Assembly (NCBI GenBank): GCA_951406725.2
Contig: OX597827.1
Span: 80,910,001-80,974,000 of the forward strand
Direction: 5' to 3'
Source of the DNA: Octopus vulgaris
Taxonomy: Eukaryota
Length of the DNA: 64,000 nucleotides
The notes under the pieces were generated by a model. It was not told where the DNA came from, did no database searches, and worked only from the letters and a program-made list of their open reading frames with translations. The number at the start of each line of letters is the position of its first letter. Positions within the stretch are counted from its first letter, which is position 1. Shown one piece after another: positions 56,801 through 64,000 of this stretch. The position numbers and the translations under genes were made by a program.

Positions 56801-57246
56801 TATTGCAAAACTACAAAATGGTGAGCTGGCAGATTCGTTAACATTCTCAGCAAAGTACTTAACAGTCTTTCTTCTGACTTTACATTTCAAGTTCAAATCC
56901 ATTAAAGGAGTCAATACAATAAGTAGCAGTTGATCCCTGGGGTTACTGTAACTGGCCCCTCCCCTCCCCCTGATATTGCTGGCCTTGTGCTAAAACTTGA
57001 AACCAGTATTACCCCTAACTTCCAGGCTGTGAGCTGGCAGAAGCATTAGCATGCTGGGCAAAATGCTTAGCAACATTTTGTCTGTCTTTACATTCTGAAA
57101 TTGTTGGCCTTGTGCCAAAATTTGAAACCAGTATTACCCCTAACTACTCCGCCATTGCTGTTGCATATTAGATCCTTACTCATTAGAGTCACTCATTACT
57201 GAATATGGATTCAAATTTATTGTAAAATTGATGTCGAGACCAACTC

Positions 57247-57459
57247 TAACTCACTTGCATTCAAATTACACTTAAATATAATACTTTTTTATTCAAATTT
57301 GTTTTGAATTAATTGTGCAATTATTTTATAATCTCGATGTTTCGATGATGTGATTGCTTGTTTAGGGTAGGTGTGAGAGGCTGGATCTGGCCAGTTTGAA
57401 TGTAAAACAGGTAGAATATTTAGGCCTGATTTGGCTGGTTTAAATGCTAAAGGGTCAAA
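57247..57459. mobile_element. Decayed piggyBac-like MITE
   Basis: Right end aatgctaaagggtcaa resembles ...AAAGGG-TTAA; left end taactcacttgcatt is a degenerate mirror. Confidence 0.35.
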
Positions 57460-58290
57460 CCTTTCCCCTGACAGCCTTTCAGTCCATACACCTGCCAGTA
57501 ACAGGTTCCAGTCCAATGTGGCTCACCTCCAGACCACAGTCGATCAATCACATAGACTCCATTGTATTGGTAACAATCCTTACTCGGAAACAAGAATTCA
57601 GAATTTATCTCATATTGCAGACACTGGATGTACAGTTCACTGTTGTTGTCGTCGTCATCGTTGTCATCATCATCATCATCATCCAGTGTTTTAAACCCGG
57701 GTTTTAGCCCTGTTAATGGGGGTGGTTGGATCTACCTCAATGCCAAAGCAACCAAGGTGGGCAAGTGCAGCCCACACCAACCTTTGGACTGGCTGGTGTC
57801 CATTCTCCTTTGCTATCATGAGGCTTTTTTGGAGCTGTATTTTCTACAGGGAGCATGCTCTAGCTTACTCCCAGCTTCAGTTTCTAGACATGAGAGGTCC
57901 CGAGATCAAGACCTCTACCATGATTTTTAAGGAATGTGGTGGGAAACTAGCTCAGGAAGGCAGGGACACGCTACTCCCAGAGACCTCTTTCAGAGCCCTG
58001 CTCCTGTAATATTTTCAAACTCTTGGCTTCTCAAATGTGTAGAAATATCTGATGCTTTGGTCAGATATTTTAAATTCTGTTATACACAGGCTTTGGGATA
58101 CATTCCTTTGCTGTTATTTGCATATTGATATGCAAATGAGGATCTGTCTGTCTGTCTGTCTGTCCTTGGCTCTATTTTATGCATCATTTCTGTCTCTCTC
58201 TTGCTCTCATGATAAATATACATACATACATTATATATATATATGCATATATATTATATATATTTATATATATATATATATATTTATGCA

Positions 58291-58335
<45 letters not shown>

Positions 58336-58648
58336 AATATATATGTATGTATGTATGTATGTTTGTATGTATGTATGTTTATTTATATATACATAATCAG
58401 GAGGCTGTTTGTTATGGCTGGTCAGAGAGTGACCATTAGTTTCGCACTTATAAAGTGCTCAGCTACACAGGTGTGAAACAAATGGTCGCTCTCCAACTGG
58501 CCACAGCAAGAAGCAGAACCTCTAAACATATTACTACTCCTATGTTTTAGAGTAGGTTTCTGTTTTTTGAATATATGAACCAGTGAGGATATATATATAA
58601 ATGAATGTATATCATCATCATCGTTTAACGTCCGCTTCCCATGCGGAC

Positions 58649-58692
<44 letters not shown>

Positions 58693-58752
58693 TGAATGTA
58701 TATCATCATCATCATTTAACACCCACTTTCCGTGCAGACGCTTTATATATAC

Positions 58753-58878
<126 letters not shown>

Positions 58879-59494
58879 ATATATGTATATACATATATAT
58901 ACACACATATATGAATGTATATCATCATCATCATCAGTAACATCACAGAAGCATTTTTTGATGCTGGCATAAGGTGCAATACATAAATACATGCATACAG
59001 ACATACATTCATACATACTATGTATGTAAGTATGTATATGTATATACATAAATATATGTGTGTGTGTGTGTGTGCCCATACCTATGTGCTCGTAATTACG
59101 TTGTATCAAGCGTGTGGCTGCCTCTAATCTCTGTCTCTATTTATTCTTCCTGGAGATTCATATTTTAAAAGCTGGTTCGGACCATTAAGACGTGACATCA
59201 TCTTATTAATTTATTGTCTGTAGTAATAATTAATGGCTTTGTGCTAATTAATTGTTTCGTTTAACGACATTCACTCAGTCATAAAACCCTAGGTCGCCAC
59301 ATTACCTACACACACAAATACACATATGCATATATATATATATATACATACATATATGTAATAGTATGTACACACATGAATGCATATACATAAGAGAAAT
59401 GTGTTTAACTATTTATAGATATATCTATTTACATTATACTGATATATATATATGGGTTCATTAAGTGTATATGTATATATCTATACATACAAAG

Positions 59495-59565
<71 letters not shown>

Positions 59566-59590
59566 TATATGTATGAATATATATGTATGA

Positions 59591-61352
<1,762 letters not shown>

Positions 61353-61440
61353 TATATATACATATATATATATATATATACATATACATACATATATATA
61401 TATATACATATACATATACATACATATATACATATATATA

Positions 61441-61940
61441 CAAAATAAGCAACAAGAATGACTCCGGTAATTTGGTACGATCGTTTCATACTATATCATT
61501 TTATTAAATGTTGTAAGTATTACAACAGTTTTAAAATGCTGAGTACTCATCAGCCAATTATAGAGGTTTTCCATTAATACAAAAATTTTCATATCAAGTG
61601 TAATAAATGGGACCAAGCAAAGTAAACTGTGCATAGCGGAATGGGTGAGGATAGTAAAGGACTCCTTGACCAGGGGAACTTCCTTAACTCCAGAACAGAG
61701 GTCTTTGGATCGTGCTTGCATTTCAGGGAATTCCTGTTGGCATATTGGAACCCACAATGATCGATAGCCAAAGGGAGACAATCCCCTGTTGTTGACATTG
61801 ATTTGCGAGGTCCTTTCCTCCTCTATTTTCTAGAGAGGTCATATGCCAACATGTTTGGGATCTAATGATACACCATAAGGCTATGTGCTTTATGGACGTG
61901 AAACCCTGGGTAATCCCATAAACCAGCCTTATCTAAATTT
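61441..61940 (-). mobile_element. ~500-bp non-coding element carrying the hammerhead (Penelope-like or retrozyme-like non-autonomous unit)
   Basis: Complex-sequence block between TA/AT-rich tracts, no recognisable protein, hammerhead near its minus-strand 3' end. Boundaries approximate. Confidence 0.45.
61469..61559 (-). ncRNA. Type-I hammerhead ribozyme motif, near-intact, extended stem II
   Basis: Minus strand: aattgg-CTGATGA-gtact...cattttaaaactgttgtaa-tac-ttacaacatttaataaaatg...agtat-GAAAC-gatc-GTA-ccaaatt. Stems I, II and III all pair; predicted cleavage after GUA (61476/61475). Confidence 0.75.
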
Positions 61941-62788
61941 ATTTATATATATATTGATGTGTGTGTGTGTGTAAATTACATGTGTCAATAGCTTTTATCT
62001 TTTATTTGTTTGTTTGTTTCTGTGAAGAGAACGTGGCCATACTGGGGCACACTCTTAATGAGATTTTAGTCAAACAAATTGGCCCCAGAATTATCTTTTT
62101 AAGCCTAGTACTTACTTTATCAATCTCTTTGCTGAGCTGCTAAGTCATGGGGACATAAACATACCCATACCAGTTACCAAGCAGTGCTGGGGGGACAAAC
62201 ACACACAAATATATGTACACACATATATATACACAGACAATGGGCTTCTTTCAGTTTCTGATGCTACGGCAGAAGATACTTGCTTAGTGTGCCACACAGT
62301 GGGATTGAACCCATGCTGCTCCAGTCTGTTGGTAAATACATATCAGATACACTTGCATTGTTTTAGGAACAACATCCAACTCATATGAAGTAACAGTGTT
62401 GCCATATTCTTGTGACACAAACCCTGCACTAAGAGAACCAATTCCAAAGAACAGTTATTAATAGCTGACTAATCCCATCTCTCCTCAACCCTCTCTCTCT
62501 GTCTCTGTCTCTGTCTCTGTCTCTCTCTCTTTATGGTGACTACTTCAATCCATCACCTCCCTCCCTCCCTCCCTTCCTAAATTAATGCTCTGTATGAGGA
62601 CACCTTCTTACCATACAGTTCTTTGAGAAGCTAGTATCAGCAGAACTTCAAAGGAGAAATGGTGCCTCACACAATAAATATTGTTTTGATTTTATAATCA
62701 GTGTTATCGTCTTTTATCTTGTGCATGTTTCATGGACTTCTAGACACAAACCCATAAAACAGGAGTTTTTATAATATATATATACATT

Positions 62789-62949
<161 letters not shown>

Positions 62950-63291
62950 ATATAAGTGTGTGTGTATATGTATTCATGTATGTGAGTGTGACTGTATATG
63001 CACATATATACATACACACATATACAAATATATAAACATAACTCACATACACATATATATTTAAATATATTCAATATAAATATATACATACAATATATGA
63101 TTACATATATATAATATATCTCTGTCTATGTAAATATTTATCTATCTTTCAGTTCATATGTGTATGTGTGTGTGTATGTATATATATATCTGTATAATGA
63201 TGGTGATATATATATATCAATGACACCTTCAATATATAGATATATATATTTAATGATACCTTCGCAAATTAATATATATATATATATACAC

Positions 63292-63335
<44 letters not shown>

Positions 63336-63366
63336 GTGTATATATATATATATATATATAGGAAAA

Positions 63367-63528
63367 GCGTTAGGAAGGGCATCCGCGTTAGGAAGGGCAT
63401 CCAGCCGTAGAAACATTGCCAGATCAAACTGGGCCTGGTGCAGCCTTCTGGCTTCCCAGACCCCAGTTGAATCGTCCAACCCATGCTAGCATGGAAAGCG
63501 GACGCTAAACGATGATGATGATGATGAT
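63367..63528 (+). mobile_element. RTE 3' tail with duplicated 18-bp 5' junction
   Basis: gcgttaggaagggcatcc occurs twice, then the tail to (GAT)n. Confidence 0.85.
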
Positions 63529-63557
63529 GTATGTATGTATGTATATATATGTATATG

Positions 63558-64000
63558 TCATCATCATCATCACCAACATCATCGATTAATGTCCGCTTTC
63601 CATGCCAGCATGGGTTGGATTGTTTGACTGAGGACTGGCGAACCAGATGGCTGCACCAGGCTCCAATCTGGTCCGGCAAGGTTTCTACAGGTTGATGCTC
63701 TTCCCAACGGAGATCACTCCGAGAGTGTAGTATTTTTACATGCCACTGGCACGAAGGCCTGTCAAGCTGTACTGGCATCAGTCACGACAATGATTTCACT
63801 TGACTCAACAGGCCATCTCAGGCATATTCTATTGCCCATTGATTGAAGGGTACTTTTAAATGGGTTGGTTATGCGATACTGGCATATACCACGGTTACAG
63901 TTGCAGTAGGCTTGCCTGCTCTTCCTAATTACAGCAAATCTCCAAAGGTCTTGGTCGCTTGTCATTGCCTCCGTGAGGCCCAATATTCAAAGGTTGTGCT
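63558..64000 (-). mobile_element. RTE 3' end (continues beyond the window)
   Basis: LGLTEAMTSDQDLWRFAV, then UTR and (GAT)n on minus. Confidence 0.85.

Overview
Eukaryotic, AT-rich, extremely microsatellite-dense non-coding DNA (intron or gene desert). The repeat families (tRNA-headed SINEs, RTE 3' tails ending in (GAT)n, CR1-like LINEs in (TA)n) match what I recall of octopus/coleoid cephalopod genomes; this is an inference from memory, not a database result. Nearly all ORFs in the track are microsatellite artefacts. The only long genuine reading frame is a 5'-truncated but stop-free CR1-like LINE reverse transcriptase (59692-61266). Also present: decayed RTE, CR1, R4/NeSL-like and maT (DD37D) transposase fragments, a hAT MITE with a perfect 8-bp TSD, a non-autonomous Helitron, many SINEs, several minisatellites, one candidate host exon (10974-11216) and motif-rich unique islands (an RFX/CCAAT/CRE/CTCF-like cluster at ~34.0 kb; a YY1-like site at 14.6 kb). 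The most interesting signal is a set of short non-coding elements, mostly inserted in (TA)n and some arranged as fold-backs, that carry type-I hammerhead ribozyme architecture with palindromic stem III, as in Penelope-like elements and retrozymes. These are a near-intact hammerhead with a long stem II (61469-61559, minus), a fold-back element whose monomer appears to have a tRNA-type B-box head plus a hammerhead (19827-20233), and two families with non-canonical cores (CUGUnGA in two copies; a possible G3-C8 swap).
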